From the NCBI GenBank assembly GCA_964412695.1, contig CAYPPU010000006.1:14109-78108 (forward strand): a stretch of 64,000 nucleotides of DNA, written 5' to 3'. The translations under genes were made by a program, and so were the position numbers. Below the pieces are notes generated by a model. The model was not told where the DNA came from, did no database searches, and was given only the letters and a program-made list of their open reading frames with translations. Numbering within the stretch: position 1 is the first letter of the stretch; each line of letters begins with the position of its first letter. Of this stretch, positions 30,087 to 40,941 are shown piece by piece. This DNA comes from an uncultured Alteromonadaceae bacterium. GTDB lineage: Bacteria; Pseudomonadota; Gammaproteobacteria; Pseudomonadales; Halieaceae.

Positions 30087-30914
30087 GTGAGTCGTTTATC
30101 CCAATGTTTTTTTGATCTCAAAGCGCAAGCTAGCAAAGCGGTTGTACCCTACATTATTGCCGGTGATCCCGATCTGGAAAGCTCGCTAGAAATGCTGCAC
30201 CAGTTGGCTGCCAACGGCGCCAGTATCATTGAGGTGGGTGTGCCTTTTTCCGATCCCATGTCAGAAGGCCCGGTCATTCAAAAAGGACATGAGCGCGCAC
30301 TTGAGCATGGTGTGTCATTACGCGATGCGTTAGCGCTCGTGACCCGCTTTCGTGAGACCAACGTCGTAACACCGATTATTTTGATGGGCTACGCCAACCC
30401 TGTAGAGCGCATGGGTTATGTTGTTTTTGCAGACGCCTGTGCAGAGGCCGGAGTTGACGGTGTGATAACGGTGGATTTGCCTCCCGAAGAGGTGATGGCA
30501 CTCAATGATGAGCTGAAGCGGGTTTCTGTCGATAACATCTTTCTGATATCGCCGACAACGCCGGCAGAGCGCGTTGCAACCATTGCCGCTGCCGCCAGTG
30601 GCTTTATCTATTATGTGGCGGTGAAAGGGGTAACTGGTTCGGGGCAGCTCAACACCGACGAGGTTGCGGCTAATTTGATGCGGATTCGCGCGGTGACTAA
30701 TTTACCCGTGTCGGTCGGATTCGGTATCAAAGATGCTACATCAGCTAAAGCTGTCGCCGCGCTGGCTGACGGTGTCGTGGTCGGCAGCGCGCTGGTGGAT
30801 ACTGTGGCCAAGCAGCTTGCCAACGGCGCTGATAAGGCTGACGCGCTAGCGGCCGGCATCGATCTCATCGCTGACATTCGAAAAGGTGTGGATTCTTTGG
30901 CTATCGGTGCCTAA
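30087..30914 (+). CDS. trpA: Tryptophan synthase alpha subunit
   Basis: [40 protein letters not shown]. Confidence 0.97.
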   Translation: MSRLSQCFFDLKAQASKAVVPYIIAGDPDLESSLEMLHQLAANGASIIEVGVPFSDPMSEGPVIQKGHERALEHGVSLRDALALVTRFRETNVVTPIILMGYANPVERMGYVVFADACAEAGVDGVITVDLPPEEVMALNDELKRVSVDNIFLISPTTPAERVATIAAAASGFIYYVAVKGVTGSGQLNTDEVAANLMRIRAVTNLPVSVGFGIKDATSAKAVAALADGVVVGSALVDTVAKQLANGADKADALAAGIDLIADIRKGVDSLAIGA

Positions 30915-30958
30915 AGCGCAGCCGTTATACTCAAGGGAGTCGCAATTGGGAAAACGAT

Positions 30959-31843
30959 ATGAGCTGGATTGACAAGATTCTGCCCTCAGGTGTCCGCAAG
31001 GACGAAGCACCCAAGCGGGCCAATGTCCCCGAAGGTTTGTGGAAGAAATGCGTCAAGTGTGACGCGGTGTTGTACCGTCCCGATCTTGAGCGGAACTATG
31101 AGGTTTGCCCTAAGTGCGATCACCATATGCGCATCGGCGCGCGTGAACGCCTCGATATGTTTTTGGATGCCGAGTGCCGTAGCGAAATCTTTGCCGACCT
31201 GGAGCCCGTTGACCGCCTGCGATTTAAAGATAAACGGAAATATCGTGATCGTCTGACGGCGGCTCAAAAAAGCACCGGTGAGAAGGATGCGCTGATCGCC
31301 TATAAAGGCCTGCTTAAAGGCAGTGAGCTGGTTTCTGTCGCATTTGAATTCAATTTCCATGGCGGCTCCATGGGCTATGCGGTGGGTGAAAAATTCACCC
31401 GTGCGGCCACCGTCGCGCTTGAAGAGCGCATCCCACTGGTTTGCTTTTCGGCATCTGGCGGTGCTCGCATGCAGGAAGCACTAATCTCTTTGATGCAAAT
31501 GGCGAAGACTTCCGCCGTTATTGAACGCATGAAGCTGGCAGGCGTGCCCTACATTTCGGTCATGACTGATCCCATTTACGGCGGTGTCTCGGCATCGTTA
31601 GCACTATTGGGCGATATCAACATTGCGGAGCCTGATGCCCGTGCCGGTTTTGCTGGCCCCAACATTATCGAGCAGACCATTCGTCAGAAGCTACCTAAGG
31701 GTTTTCAGCGCAGCGAGTTTCTATTGGAGCATGGGGCGATAGATATGATCGTACATCGAACTGAGATTCGCGATGCTATTGCGCGGGTCTTAGCTAAGCT
31801 CACAGGCTGTGATGAACCGGAAACCCTACCGGAGGCGTCCTAA
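30959..31843 (+). CDS. accD: Acetyl-CoA carboxylase carboxyltransferase beta subunit
   Basis: Zinc finger CxxC...Cxx[31 protein letters not shown]. Confidence 0.98.
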   Translation: MSWIDKILPSGVRKDEAPKRANVPEGLWKKCVKCDAVLYRPDLERNYEVCPKCDHHMRIGARERLDMFLDAECRSEIFADLEPVDRLRFKDKRKYRDRLTAAQKSTGEKDALIAYKGLLKGSELVSVAFEFNFHGGSMGYAVGEKFTRAATVALEERIPLVCFSASGGARMQEALISLMQMAKTSAVIERMKLAGVPYISVMTDPIYGGVSASLALLGDINIAEPDARAGFAGPNIIEQTIRQKLPKGFQRSEFLLEHGAIDMIVHRTEIRDAIARVLAKLTGCDEPETLPEAS

Positions 31844-31875
31844 GCAAGATTAGCGGCACTTTGGATCTACCGCCA

Positions 31876-33123
31876 ATGACGGATTCCCCGCCAAGCCTGG
31901 CTCAGTGGCTAGATCGACTAGAGACCCTTCATCCGTCAGCCATTGATTTAGGTTTGGATCGCGTGCGCGTGGTCGCTGAGTGCTTAGAGCTAGTGCAAGC
32001 GCCACCCCCTACCATTACCGTGGCGGGCACTAACGGCAAAGGCAGCTGTGTGGCGGCGTTATCGGCCTTACTTCTTGCCAAGGGCTATTGCGTTGGTTGC
32101 TATACCTCACCCCATCTGATGCGCTTCAATGAGCGCATTCAGATTGACGCGCAACCTGTTGAAGATCATGCCGTAGTCGAAGCCTTTGAAGCCATTGAGG
32201 CTGCGAGAGGCGATATTACGCTGACCTATTTTGAGTACACCACGTTGGCTGCGTTGTGGCTTTTCCGCCAGAAGCCAGTTGATTGGCAAATACTCGAAGT
32301 CGGATTGGGCGGCCGCTTGGATGCGGTCAACATTGTCGACGCCAATGCCTGTGTCATTACCAGCATCGGGCTTGATCATACCGATTGGCTGGGAGACAGC
32401 CTTGACCTAATCGCTATTGAAAAAGCGGGGGTAGCTCGCGCTCAAAAACCGGCGATCGTTGCACAAGCTGATGCGCCTCAGGCGCTTTATCAGTCGCTTA
32501 CAGAGCGAGAGTCGACTGTGTTGGCTAATGGCCACGATTGGTCACTGCAAGATCGGCGACTGAACTGGAACGACAAGGTCGTGCTGGATCTTCCGGAGGT
32601 TGCGGGACTGCTGGACACCAATCTAGCCGCTGCTGTTTTGGTATTGGCGAGCTTGGGTATTAATTTCAGTCAGGAGCTCGCCTCAGAAGTTCTAGCCTCT
32701 CTATCGGTACCAGGCCGGCAACAGCGTGTGCATTTCAAGGGCAGGGACGTTTGGCTGGACGTGGCACATAACACCGACTCAGCGGCGTTGTTGGCCAAAG
32801 CCCTGAATCAGCGCCCTACAGAAGGCAGGTGTTTGGGGCTCTTTGCGGTCATGGCTGATAAGCCGCTCCGTGATATGCTTGGCCTGTTGGAATCCGAGAT
32901 AGAGGCATGGTATCTGCCAGCGCTGCCTGATTTGCCCCGAGCGGCTTCGCCAGCAAGTGTGGCGGCTGAGCTAGCCAGTCAAACCGTAGCCGTGTTTCCC
33001 TCGGTGCAGTCGGCCTGGCAGGCGGTGTTAGAGGCGACGTCCGTGGGCGATAGAATTATCGTGTTTGGATCCTTTGTAACAGTGGGCGCGGTCATGCCGC
33101 TACTGCAACACGAGGAGAGTTAA
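31876..33123 (+). CDS. folC: Dihydrofolate synthase/folylpolyglutamate synthase
   Basis: VAGTNGKGS, YTSPHL, LEVGLGGRLDAVN, DVAHN, VFGSF. Confidence 0.96.
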   Translation: MTDSPPSLAQWLDRLETLHPSAIDLGLDRVRVVAECLELVQAPPPTITVAGTNGKGSCVAALSALLLAKGYCVGCYTSPHLMRFNERIQIDAQPVEDHAVVEAFEAIEAARGDITLTYFEYTTLAALWLFRQKPVDWQILEVGLGGRLDAVNIVDANACVITSIGLDHTDWLGDSLDLIAIEKAGVARAQKPAIVAQADAPQALYQSLTERESTVLANGHDWSLQDRRLNWNDKVVLDLPEVAGLLDTNLAAAVLVLASLGINFSQELASEVLASLSVPGRQQRVHFKGRDVWLDVAHNTDSAALLAKALNQRPTEGRCLGLFAVMADKPLRDMLGLLESEIEAWYLPALPDLPRAASPASVAAELASQTVAVFPSVQSAWQAVLEATSVGDRIIVFGSFVTVGAVMPLLQHEES

Positions 33124-33130
33124 GACCCGC

Positions 33131-33742
33131 ATGGACCCCATCATCAAACAGCGGTTGGTCGGGAGCGTCATATTACTGGCCTTGGGCACGGTATTTTGGC
33201 CCATTGTCTTTGTCGAGCCTGAATCTACGGTCACCATGTCATTAGCGCCTATGCCGACGGCACCTATTATTGATCAAAAGCCGTTACCTGCACCTGAGTC
33301 GCCTGAGGAGACAGTGATAGCAAAGGTCGCTGCACCCGATCCTGTCGATGAAGAGGCGCAGCTTGAGGCTGACGCAGAGACTGAAGAATCGCAGTCAGAA
33401 AGCACCTCTGACGTGGAGCTGCTGCCGGAGAAAGCCCAGTTAGAAACTTTAGCTACTCGGGAGCAAAAGCCAGCTTTCGCATTGCGAGATAGCGCTGGCT
33501 TCGCCAATGCCTGGGTGCTGCAAGTCATCGCTACTGGGACCGAGGCACGAGCGGAGCAATTGGTATCAGATCTTGTTGCCAAAGGCTACGAGGCTTATCA
33601 CCAACGTTTTGACCATGCTGACAAAACCATCTGGAGGGTTCAGATTGGCCCCGCCATAGATCGGGACACATTATTGGCGCTAAAGCCTGAAATTGATGCT
33701 GCCCTTAAGGTCAACGCTCGAGTGGTGAAATACCAACAGTGA
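33131..33742 (+). CDS. dedD: SPOR-domain cell division protein DedD
   Basis: KQRLVG plus TM helix, acidic linker, C-terminal SPOR (AWVLQV...WRVQIGP). Sits between folC and cvpA. Confidence 0.88.
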   Translation: MDPIIKQRLVGSVILLALGTVFWPIVFVEPESTVTMSLAPMPTAPIIDQKPLPAPESPEETVIAKVAAPDPVDEEAQLEADAETEESQSESTSDVELLPEKAQLETLATREQKPAFALRDSAGFANAWVLQVIATGTEARAEQLVSDLVAKGYEAYHQRFDHADKTIWRVQIGPAIDRDTLLALKPEIDAALKVNARVVKYQQ

Positions 33743-34314
33743 ATTTCGATGACGTTTCAGGTTCGATGACTGGCTGGGCAGCTGGCTTTAATGAGTTTGA
33801 CTGGGTCGTCGTAGCAGTCGTCTCGATTTCGGTTTTGATTGGTGTTTACCGAGGATTTGGGCGAGAGGTACTGTCAGTTCTGGGGTGGTTTGCAGCCTTC
33901 ATCGGGGCCAGTCTTTTCGCGCCTACATTGGCCACTTCAATGTCGGGACTGATCGACAATGCCACTCTGAGGTATTTGTTGTCTCGTGGCTTAGTATTCA
34001 TTGGCGTGTTGGCAATATTTGGCGTCTTGGGCAACGTGGTAGCCAACCAGTTGAAGCAGCCAGGGTTTAACCTAGGTAACCGCTTGCTAGGTGGCGCATT
34101 CGGCTTCGTTCGAGGACTGGTAATCATTATGGTAGCAACACTGGTGCTTAAAGCACTGGTGCCGGAATCTGAGCGAGACTTATTGGGTGATTCAGTATTT
34201 ATGCCATCTATTGATAGCATCAGTTCAAGGCTGGTTGACGCCTTTGGCGACTTGCAGGATATAAAACCGGTCGAGGGGGTTGAAGATAGCCTCCAATCGG
34301 CCGATATGATTTAA
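33739..34314 (+). CDS. cvpA: CvpA (colicin V production) family membrane protein
   Basis: DW...GVYRGFGREVLS and NRLLGGAFGFVRG. Directly upstream of purF. Confidence 0.92.
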   Translation: MNFDDVSGSMTGWAAGFNEFDWVVVAVVSISVLIGVYRGFGREVLSVLGWFAAFIGASLFAPTLATSMSGLIDNATLRYLLSRGLVFIGVLAIFGVLGNVVANQLKQPGFNLGNRLLGGAFGFVRGLVIIMVATLVLKALVPESERDLLGDSVFMPSIDSISSRLVDAFGDLQDIKPVEGVEDSLQSADMI

Positions 34315-34329
34315 GCGAGGGAGACCGTT

Positions 34330-35847
34330 ATGTGCGGTTTGGTGGGAATCGTCGGGAATACCGATGTGGCAGCAGACATCTATGATGCCCTGACGATGCT
34401 TCAGCACCGAGGACAGGATGCTGCCGGCATCATGACCTGTCAGGGCGGCAAGTTTTTGCAGCGTAAGGGCGAGGGTCTGGTACGCGATGTGTTTCGCACC
34501 AGTCACATGGCTTCCTTGCTAGGCAATTTTGGTATTGGTCATGTTCGCTACCCGACTCAGGGCAGCTCCGGGACAGCTTTAGCCCAGCCGTTTTATGTCA
34601 ATTCGCCCTACGGCATCGCCCTAGCGCACAACGGCAATCTAACCAATGCCGATGCGCTGACGAAGGGGCTATTTCAGAGCGATCTTCGACACTTAAATAC
34701 AGACTCGGATTCCGAGGTGTTGTTGAACGTATTTGCCCATGAGCTTCAGCGTTTAGGGAAGCTCATCCCTGATGCTGACGATATTTTTGCTGCGGTCCGT
34801 GCGCTGCATCGACGCTGCGAGGGCGGATATGCTGCCGTGGCTATGATTGCCGGTCAGGGTGTTGTGGCATTTAGGGACCCCAATGGCATCCGTCCATTGG
34901 TTTTAGGTGTGCGAGAGCGTGGCCTAGCGCGATATGAATACATGGTGGCTTCAGAGAGTGTGGCCTTGGACGTATTAGGATTTCGCTTGCTTGGCGATGT
35001 TGCGCCTGGCGAAGCCGTTTACATAACTTGCGACGGCAAACTGAAACGTCAGCAATGTGCAGAAGCGCCCAAGCTCACCCCCTGTATTTTTGAGCATGTT
35101 TATTTTGCCCGGCCCGACTCGCTGATGGACGGTGTATCGGTTTACAAAACCCGCATGCGGCAGGGTGAACGGCTGGCGCGAAAGATCCTGCGGGAATTTC
35201 CGGACCACGATATTGATGTGGTGATTCCGATTCCCGATACCAGTCGTGTCGCGGGGCAGTCATTGGCACACGAATTGGGCGTAAAGTTCCGCGAGGGCTT
35301 CATGAAAAATCGCTATATCGGGCGCACATTTATTATGCCCGGTCAGAGCCAGCGCAAAAAATCAGTGCGACAAAAATTGAATCCAGTACCCTTGGAGTTC
35401 AGTGGCAAAAACGTTTTGTTGGTTGACGATTCCATTGTACGGGGAACGACTTGCGGCCAGATTATCCACATGGCTAGGGAAGCCGGCGCTGCGAAAGTGT
35501 ATTTTGCTTCGGCTGCGCCACCTGTTCGCTACCCCAACGTATACGGCATTGATATGCCGGCTGCCAATGAGCTTATTGCTCATGGGCGTTCGGTGGAGGA
35601 GATAGCGGCGTTAATTGGTGCTGATTGGCTGGTCTACCAAGATCTCGAAGACTTGTTCGATTGCTCGCGTGAAGGTAACGACGAAATTGACGGTTTCGAA
35701 TCGTCGGTCTTTGACGGTACCTATCTTGCGGGTACGATTGATGACGCCTATTTGAGCGGTATTGAAGCAGCGCGGGCTGAGGGATCGGCCCTGCGACTGG
35801 CCGCCAGTCAAGATGGCGCCATTGTTGGGCTACACAACGACACATAG
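34330..35847 (+). CDS. purF: Amidophosphoribosyltransferase
   Basis: MCG N-terminal nucleophile, [35 protein letters not shown]. Confidence 0.98.
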   Translation: MCGLVGIVGNTDVAADIYDALTMLQHRGQDAAGIMTCQGGKFLQRKGEGLVRDVFRTSHMASLLGNFGIGHVRYPTQGSSGTALAQPFYVNSPYGIALAHNGNLTNADALTKGLFQSDLRHLNTDSDSEVLLNVFAHELQRLGKLIPDADDIFAAVRALHRRCEGGYAAVAMIAGQGVVAFRDPNGIRPLVLGVRERGLARYEYMVASESVALDVLGFRLLGDVAPGEAVYITCDGKLKRQQCAEAPKLTPCIFEHVYFARPDSLMDGVSVYKTRMRQGERLARKILREFPDHDIDVVIPIPDTSRVAGQSLAHELGVKFREGFMKNRYIGRTFIMPGQSQRKKSVRQKLNPVPLEFSGKNVLLVDDSIVRGTTCGQIIHMAREAGAAKVYFASAAPPVRYPNVYGIDMPAANELIAHGRSVEEIAALIGADWLVYQDLEDLFDCSREGNDEIDGFESSVFDGTYLAGTIDDAYLSGIEAARAEGSALRLAASQDGAIVGLHNDT

Positions 35848-35862
35848 AGGGAGATTGGGGTC

Positions 35863-37059
35863 GTGACTAAGGACAAGGGTGACTGGCTAACCCAGGGACG
35901 TTTGGAGACGCGTGCGATTCGCGCCGGTATTGAACGCACTCCCGAGGGTGAGCACAGCGAACCAATCTTTACGACGTCGAGTTATATCTTTGACTCCGCT
36001 GCGGACGCGGCGGCTCGGTTTACGGGTGAGCGCGAGGGTAATGTTTACTCACGTTATACCAATCCGACGGTCAGAACATTTGAGCACCGTATCGCGTCTA
36101 TGGAATCGGCTGAGGCTGCGGTGGGCACCGCTTCGGGGATGGCGGCGATTCTGTCGATCTGCCTTACTTGGTTGAAAGCCGGTGACCACGTCATTTGCTC
36201 TCGTGATGTGTTTGGTAGCACCGTGGGCTTATTTGAAAAATACATGAGCAAGTTCGGTGTTGAAATTAGCTTCGTGCCTCTCCGTGATACTCAGGCTTGG
36301 GCCCAGGCATTCCGGGCGAATACACAGTTATTGTTTTGTGAGAGCCCTTCCAATCCCCTGTGCGAGGTGGCAGATATCCCCGCACTAGCAGCGCTTGCGC
36401 GAACACAGGGTGCGCGGTTAGTCGTGGATAATTGCTTCTGCACGCCGGCTTTACAGCTGCCTATTGCCTTAGGTGCTGATGTGGTGATTCACTCTGCTAC
36501 TAAATATCTTGATGGTCAGGGCCGTGTCTTGGGTGGTGCTGTGGTCGGCTCGTCAGAGGATATGGCCGAAGTTAGAGCGTTTTTGCGTACTTGCGGGCCC
36601 GCTATGAGTCCCTTCAATGCTTGGGCGGCGCTCAAGGGCCTCGAGACGCTCTCTCTGCGGATGTCGGCGCACTCGGCCAATGCATTGGCCCTCGCTCAAT
36701 GGCTTCAAGGGCAATCTGCGGTAAAACGCATTTATTACGCTGGACTTTCAGATCATCCGGGACATGAGCTTGCCAAGGAGCAGCAATGTGCTTTTGGCGG
36801 TGTGCTTTCCTTCGAAATTGAGGGTGGGCGAGAAGAGGCTTGGCGGTTCATAGATGCCACTGAACTTATGTCACTGACCGCCAACTTGGGTGATGCCAAA
36901 ACGACAATCGTACATCCCGCCACCACCACTCATGGGCGGTTGAGTGAGGTTCAGCGAGCAGAAGCCGGTATTGCCGATGGTCTTATTCGGATCGCCGTTG
37001 GTCTTGAGCACATCGAAGACATTCAAGCTGATTGCCAGCGGGGTTTCGCGGCCCTTTAG
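35863..37059 (+). CDS. metZ: O-succinylhomoserine sulfhydrylase
   Basis: EHSEPIFTTSSY, YSRYTNPT, HSATKYLDGQGR, ANLGDAKTT. Downstream of purF as in pseudomonads. Confidence 0.93.
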   Translation: MTKDKGDWLTQGRLETRAIRAGIERTPEGEHSEPIFTTSSYIFDSAADAAARFTGEREGNVYSRYTNPTVRTFEHRIASMESAEAAVGTASGMAAILSICLTWLKAGDHVICSRDVFGSTVGLFEKYMSKFGVEISFVPLRDTQAWAQAFRANTQLLFCESPSNPLCEVADIPALAALARTQGARLVVDNCFCTPALQLPIALGADVVIHSATKYLDGQGRVLGGAVVGSSEDMAEVRAFLRTCGPAMSPFNAWAALKGLETLSLRMSAHSANALALAQWLQGQSAVKRIYYAGLSDHPGHELAKEQQCAFGGVLSFEIEGGREEAWRFIDATELMSLTANLGDAKTTIVHPATTTHGRLSEVQRAEAGIADGLIRIAVGLEHIEDIQADCQRGFAAL

Positions 37060-37071
37060 CCGTCCTAACCA

Positions 37072-38013
37072 ATGACGGTATCTAATACTGACCGTATCGA
37101 TGGGGCTGTCGCCGCCATCGGTGAAATATTGTTGGGCAAAGAACACGAGATTCGCCTCGCGCTTTGTTGCTTGTTGAGCGGTGGTCACTTGTTGCTCGAA
37201 GATCTGCCTGGGGTGGGGAAAACGACGTTGGCGCGAGCGTTAGGTGCAGCGTTGGGCCTTGAGCAGGGTAGGGTGCAGTTTACGGCTGATCTTCTGCCTT
37301 CTGATATTCTCGGGGTATCGATATTTAATCGCGAGACGGAGACCTTTGTGTTTAAAAAGGGGCCGGTTTTTCATCAGCTTTTGCTAGCCGATGAAATTAA
37401 TCGTGCAACACCACGCACGCAAAGTGCCTTGCTTGAGGTGATGGCCGAGGCCCAGGTGACAATCGACGGTGTGCGTTATCCGCTGCCCGAGCCATTTTTT
37501 GTTGTGGCCACCCAGAATCCGCAGCAACAGTTGGGTACCTATCCGCTACCTGAGTCACAGCTAGATCGATTCTTCATGCGCTTGTCCTTGGGTTACCCTA
37601 ATGAGATGGCTGAGCGTGACTTATTACTCACCGGTGGCAACGGCATGGCAGGGTCTGAGACGGGGTTTGTAGCCGGCTCTTTGAGTCATGAAGAGTTCCG
37701 CAAGATACAAACGGAAATCGCGGACGTTACCGTATCCGATAGTTTGCTTTCCTACCTTCAGCGCTTGGTGGGCTTTACCCGGACGCATCCCGATTATGCG
37801 GTGGGTGTATCGCCGCGAGGTGCGCTGTCACTGCTAGCGGCGACGCGAACCTGGGCGTATATGCAGGGTAGAGGCTATGCGTTACCCGATGACATACAGG
37901 CGGTACTGGTCAGTGTGTTAGGCCACCGGGTTGTGCCGAGCCTCGATGTTGCCAGTGATGGTGCCGAGTTGGTTGCCCAACTGACAAACCGTGTCGACGT
38001 TATCCCCGATTGA
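37072..38013 (+). CDS. MoxR-family AAA+ ATPase
   Basis: EDLPGVGKT Walker A, LLADEINRA Walker B, TQNP, LPESQLDRF. Confidence 0.95.
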   Translation: MTVSNTDRIDGAVAAIGEILLGKEHEIRLALCCLLSGGHLLLEDLPGVGKTTLARALGAALGLEQGRVQFTADLLPSDILGVSIFNRETETFVFKKGPVFHQLLLADEINRATPRTQSALLEVMAEAQVTIDGVRYPLPEPFFVVATQNPQQQLGTYPLPESQLDRFFMRLSLGYPNEMAERDLLLTGGNGMAGSETGFVAGSLSHEEFRKIQTEIADVTVSDSLLSYLQRLVGFTRTHPDYAVGVSPRGALSLLAATRTWAYMQGRGYALPDDIQAVLVSVLGHRVVPSLDVASDGAELVAQLTNRVDVIPD

Positions 38014-38980
38014 TCTACTGCATCGATGGCGCCATCAAATGTTGGCGCGGTACGGCCAGTGGCTAAAGCGGCGCTTGCCGGCTGCAGCGTCTGTGGTATT
38101 ACAGAATCGGCGTTTATTTATTTTTCCTTCCCGCAGCGGTGGTTTGTTTTTGGCAGTACTGGCGTTATTGCTGCTGCTGGCGATTAATTATCAAAGCAAC
38201 CTGGTCTATGGACTGGCCTTTTGGTTGTTTACCGTATTCATTGTGGCGGTGCATTTCACCCATGCCAATCTGATGGGTCTGCGGGTGAACGCGGGGCCTA
38301 TCGAACCCGCCTATGTCGGACAGTACGCGCGATGTGGGCTTACTCTGGACTGCACCAGTCGCTACAGGGGACATACCGCTCTTAGGTTTAGTTGGCCAGA
38401 GAGCGAGAGCTGGGTTTCGGTTCCCGCTGGGGGCAAGGTTTCACTCGACTTGCAGTGGCGGGTGACTGCGCGCGGCTGGCATCGGCCGTCTCGTATAAAG
38501 GTGGAATCTTGGTATCCTCTGGGGTTATTGCGTTGCTGGAGCTTCATAGAACTTGATTGGCAAGGTTTGGCTTGGCCAAAACCTGAGCAACCGCCTATAA
38601 CGATCCAATTCGCCTCAACAGGCCATGGTGCAATCCAGTACCAGCAAGGCGGTGATGACCTCGCGGGTTTTAAGGACTATCGGGAGGGTGATCCGTTACA
38701 TCGGGTTAACTGGCGGAGCTATGCTCGTCAGCAACCGCTGCAAATCAAGGAGTTTTCGACGCCGCAATCCAATGATATTTGGCTTAGCTGGAATCAGTTT
38801 GAAACAGGTACGCAAGAGCAGCGTTTGTCCTGGTTGTGTTGGCAGGTAATAAGACGCGACGCGTCGGGACAAGCTTATGGGTTGCATCTGCCAAATGTAA
38901 CTGTTCAACCTAGTACTGGCGATAGGCATCGATGGCAGGTATTACGCGAACTCGCGCTGTTTGGTGAGGTAGGGAAATAG
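37991..38980 (+). CDS. DUF58 domain membrane protein
   Basis: FIFPSRSG, two TM helices, AINYQSNL, YPLGLLRCWS, DYREGDPLHRVNWR. Start may be the ATG at 38039. Confidence 0.88.
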   Translation: MSTLSPIDLLHRWRHQMLARYGQWLKRRLPAAASVVLQNRRLFIFPSRSGGLFLAVLALLLLLAINYQSNLVYGLAFWLFTVFIVAVHFTHANLMGLRVNAGPIEPAYVGQYARCGLTLDCTSRYRGHTALRFSWPESESWVSVPAGGKVSLDLQWRVTARGWHRPSRIKVESWYPLGLLRCWSFIELDWQGLAWPKPEQPPITIQFASTGHGAIQYQQGGDDLAGFKDYREGDPLHRVNWRSYARQQPLQIKEFSTPQSNDIWLSWNQFETGTQEQRLSWLCWQVIRRDASGQAYGLHLPNVTVQPSTGDRHRWQVLRELALFGEVGK

Positions 38981-38982
38981 TC

Positions 38983-40920
38983 ATGGCTACCTTTAAGTCG
39001 TTGAGCACGCCTGTTCTAGTGGGGCTATTGTCGAGTCTGCTCCTGGCGCTGTCACCGTTGTATGAAGGACTACCCAGCTGGGTCCTGTGCGCAGCGGCCC
39101 TGGCAGGCACGGAGTTTGTAAGGATACAGCGCAGGACGAGGACACCTCCTCGGCGTGCCGTTAGAGCGTTGTTAACGCTCATGGCTGTGACGATGGTGTG
39201 GTTTCAATACCGGACTTTTGTCGGATTGGAGCCTATGGTGGTCCTGTTAGTCCTCGGGATGTCACTCAAGCTGCTGGAGTGCACAGGCCAACGCGATGCC
39301 TACCAGGTAGTGTTTCTAGGCCTGTTTTTAGTGGCGACGGGGTTCTTATTCTCCCAATCCTTACCCATAAGCGTGGTGGGTGTCTTGGCACTGGCGATGT
39401 TGATCACCACGCTGATCACTTTGAACCGACGATCAAATCAATGGCTGTGGCAGGACCTTAAATTGGCACTGTTGATGCTATTGCTCGCAGCGCCCTTGAT
39501 GTTGGTCATGTTCGTTTTTTTCCCCCGTATCGCGCCACTGTGGTCGGTGCCCAACATGAATGCGCAAGCCATCACGGGTATGAGCGACACGCTTGCTCCG
39601 GGTTCGGTGGCCAAGTTAGGACGTTCAGCGGAGGTTGCATTTCGTGCGCGATTTGATGGTGACATTCCTCCCGCGGCACAGCGTTACTGGCGCGGCTTGG
39701 TACTGAGTGATTTTGACGGAAGGCGTTGGCAGAGCGTTCCCTGGCGTCTATTACCTGAGGAGGAGCGAAGACCGAGAGCAATGAACTATAGCGGCCAGTC
39801 TGTGAACTACCGAGTCGTGCAAGAACCCACGAGACAGCGCTGGCTATTCGCATTGCGTTACGCCCAATCGGATTCGGCAGGGGTTTTTGAAACGGTGGAT
39901 TACCGCTTGGCTGTTGCGGATCCGCTCGAGAGTCAGTTTGCTTACGATGTTCGCTCGCAAACAGTTGCAGATTTTCTCGAGCCACTGAGCACATGGCGCC
40001 ATAAACTCGAAACCCATCTTCCGGCCATGGCTAACCCGAGAACGCGGCAGTGGGTAAATACATTACAGAATCAATATGCCACGCCCCAGTCTTTAGCTGC
40101 AGCGGTGCTCAATTACTTTCGAGAGCAAACTTTTTTTTACACGCTACAACCACCGTTGTTGAACGATAGTGATTTTGTCGATGCGTTTATGTTCGATAGC
40201 CGACGTGGATTCTGTGAACACTATGCGTATGCGTTTGCCGTGACCATGCGAATGGCAGGTATTCCTGCACGAGTAGTCGCGGGTTATCAAGGTGGGGAGG
40301 TCAATCCGATCAATAACAGTGTGGTGGTGCGGCAATTTGATGCTCATGCCTGGGCTGAAATATGGATAGCCGGCCGAGGTTGGTTGCGTATCGATCCCAC
40401 TGCAGCCGTGGCACCTGAGCGCATTGAGCTTGGATTGGAGGCAGCTTTGCCTAATGACGAGAGTTTTTTGTTGGACTCACCCTTGTCGGTGTATCGGTTT
40501 CGCCACCTCGCGCTGATCAATTGGTTACGTCTTCGATACGACGTGATGGCATACCAGTGGCAGAGTTTTATTGTGGGGTTTGATAATGACCGGCAAATCA
40601 ATCTACTAGAGCGGTGGCTGGGTAGAGTCAGCGCCGATCGTTATGCAACGGTATTTTTGTTGGCGTGGGCACTCATTTTAGTGCCCCTGGGATTGTTTAT
40701 GGCGCGATCGCGCAAGGCAAGCAAGCTGTCCCCGGAAGAGCAGGTTTTTCAGAGGCTGTGCCGTAAGCTTGGAGCCCTCGGGCTCGCTCGTAGGCCAGGT
40801 GAAACCCCCGCGGCGTTATTGGTTCGTGCTGAAGAGGATCCACGTATACCCGTGGGGTTGCGACAAGCTCTGGTTGAATCGGAGCAGCAGCTCTATAGGA
40901 GCAAAGCACAACTGCGGTAA
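38983..40920 (+). CDS. tgpA: TgpA-like membrane transglutaminase (DUF3488 plus TGase domain)
   Basis: Multi-TM N-terminus, FPR motif, catalytic triad GFCEHYA / DAHAWAE / IDPT. Confidence 0.88.
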   Translation: MATFKSLSTPVLVGLLSSLLLALSPLYEGLPSWVLCAAALAGTEFVRIQRRTRTPPRRAVRALLTLMAVTMVWFQYRTFVGLEPMVVLLVLGMSLKLLECTGQRDAYQVVFLGLFLVATGFLFSQSLPISVVGVLALAMLITTLITLNRRSNQWLWQDLKLALLMLLLAAPLMLVMFVFFPRIAPLWSVPNMNAQAITGMSDTLAPGSVAKLGRSAEVAFRARFDGDIPPAAQRYWRGLVLSDFDGRRWQSVPWRLLPEEERRPRAMNYSGQSVNYRVVQEPTRQRWLFALRYAQSDSAGVFETVDYRLAVADPLESQFAYDVRSQTVADFLEPLSTWRHKLETHLPAMANPRTRQWVNTLQNQYATPQSLAAAVLNYFREQTFFYTLQPPLLNDSDFVDAFMFDSRRGFCEHYAYAFAVTMRMAGIPARVVAGYQGGEVNPINNSVVVRQFDAHAWAEIWIAGRGWLRIDPTAAVAPERIELGLEAALPNDESFLLDSPLSVYRFRHLALINWLRLRYDVMAYQWQSFIVGFDNDRQINLLERWLGRVSADRYATVFLLAWALILVPLGLFMARSRKASKLSPEEQVFQRLCRKLGALGLARRPGETPAALLVRAEEDPRIPVGLRQALVESEQQLYRSKAQLR

Positions 40921-40941
40921 TCGAGGTAGACAAGTGCGGAA

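Noticed and set aside
40131-40138. T8 tract in the transglutaminase gene (also G7 runs in truA and the addB-like gene)
   Set aside because: The tracts are short and the frames are intact, so there is no evidence of phase variation.
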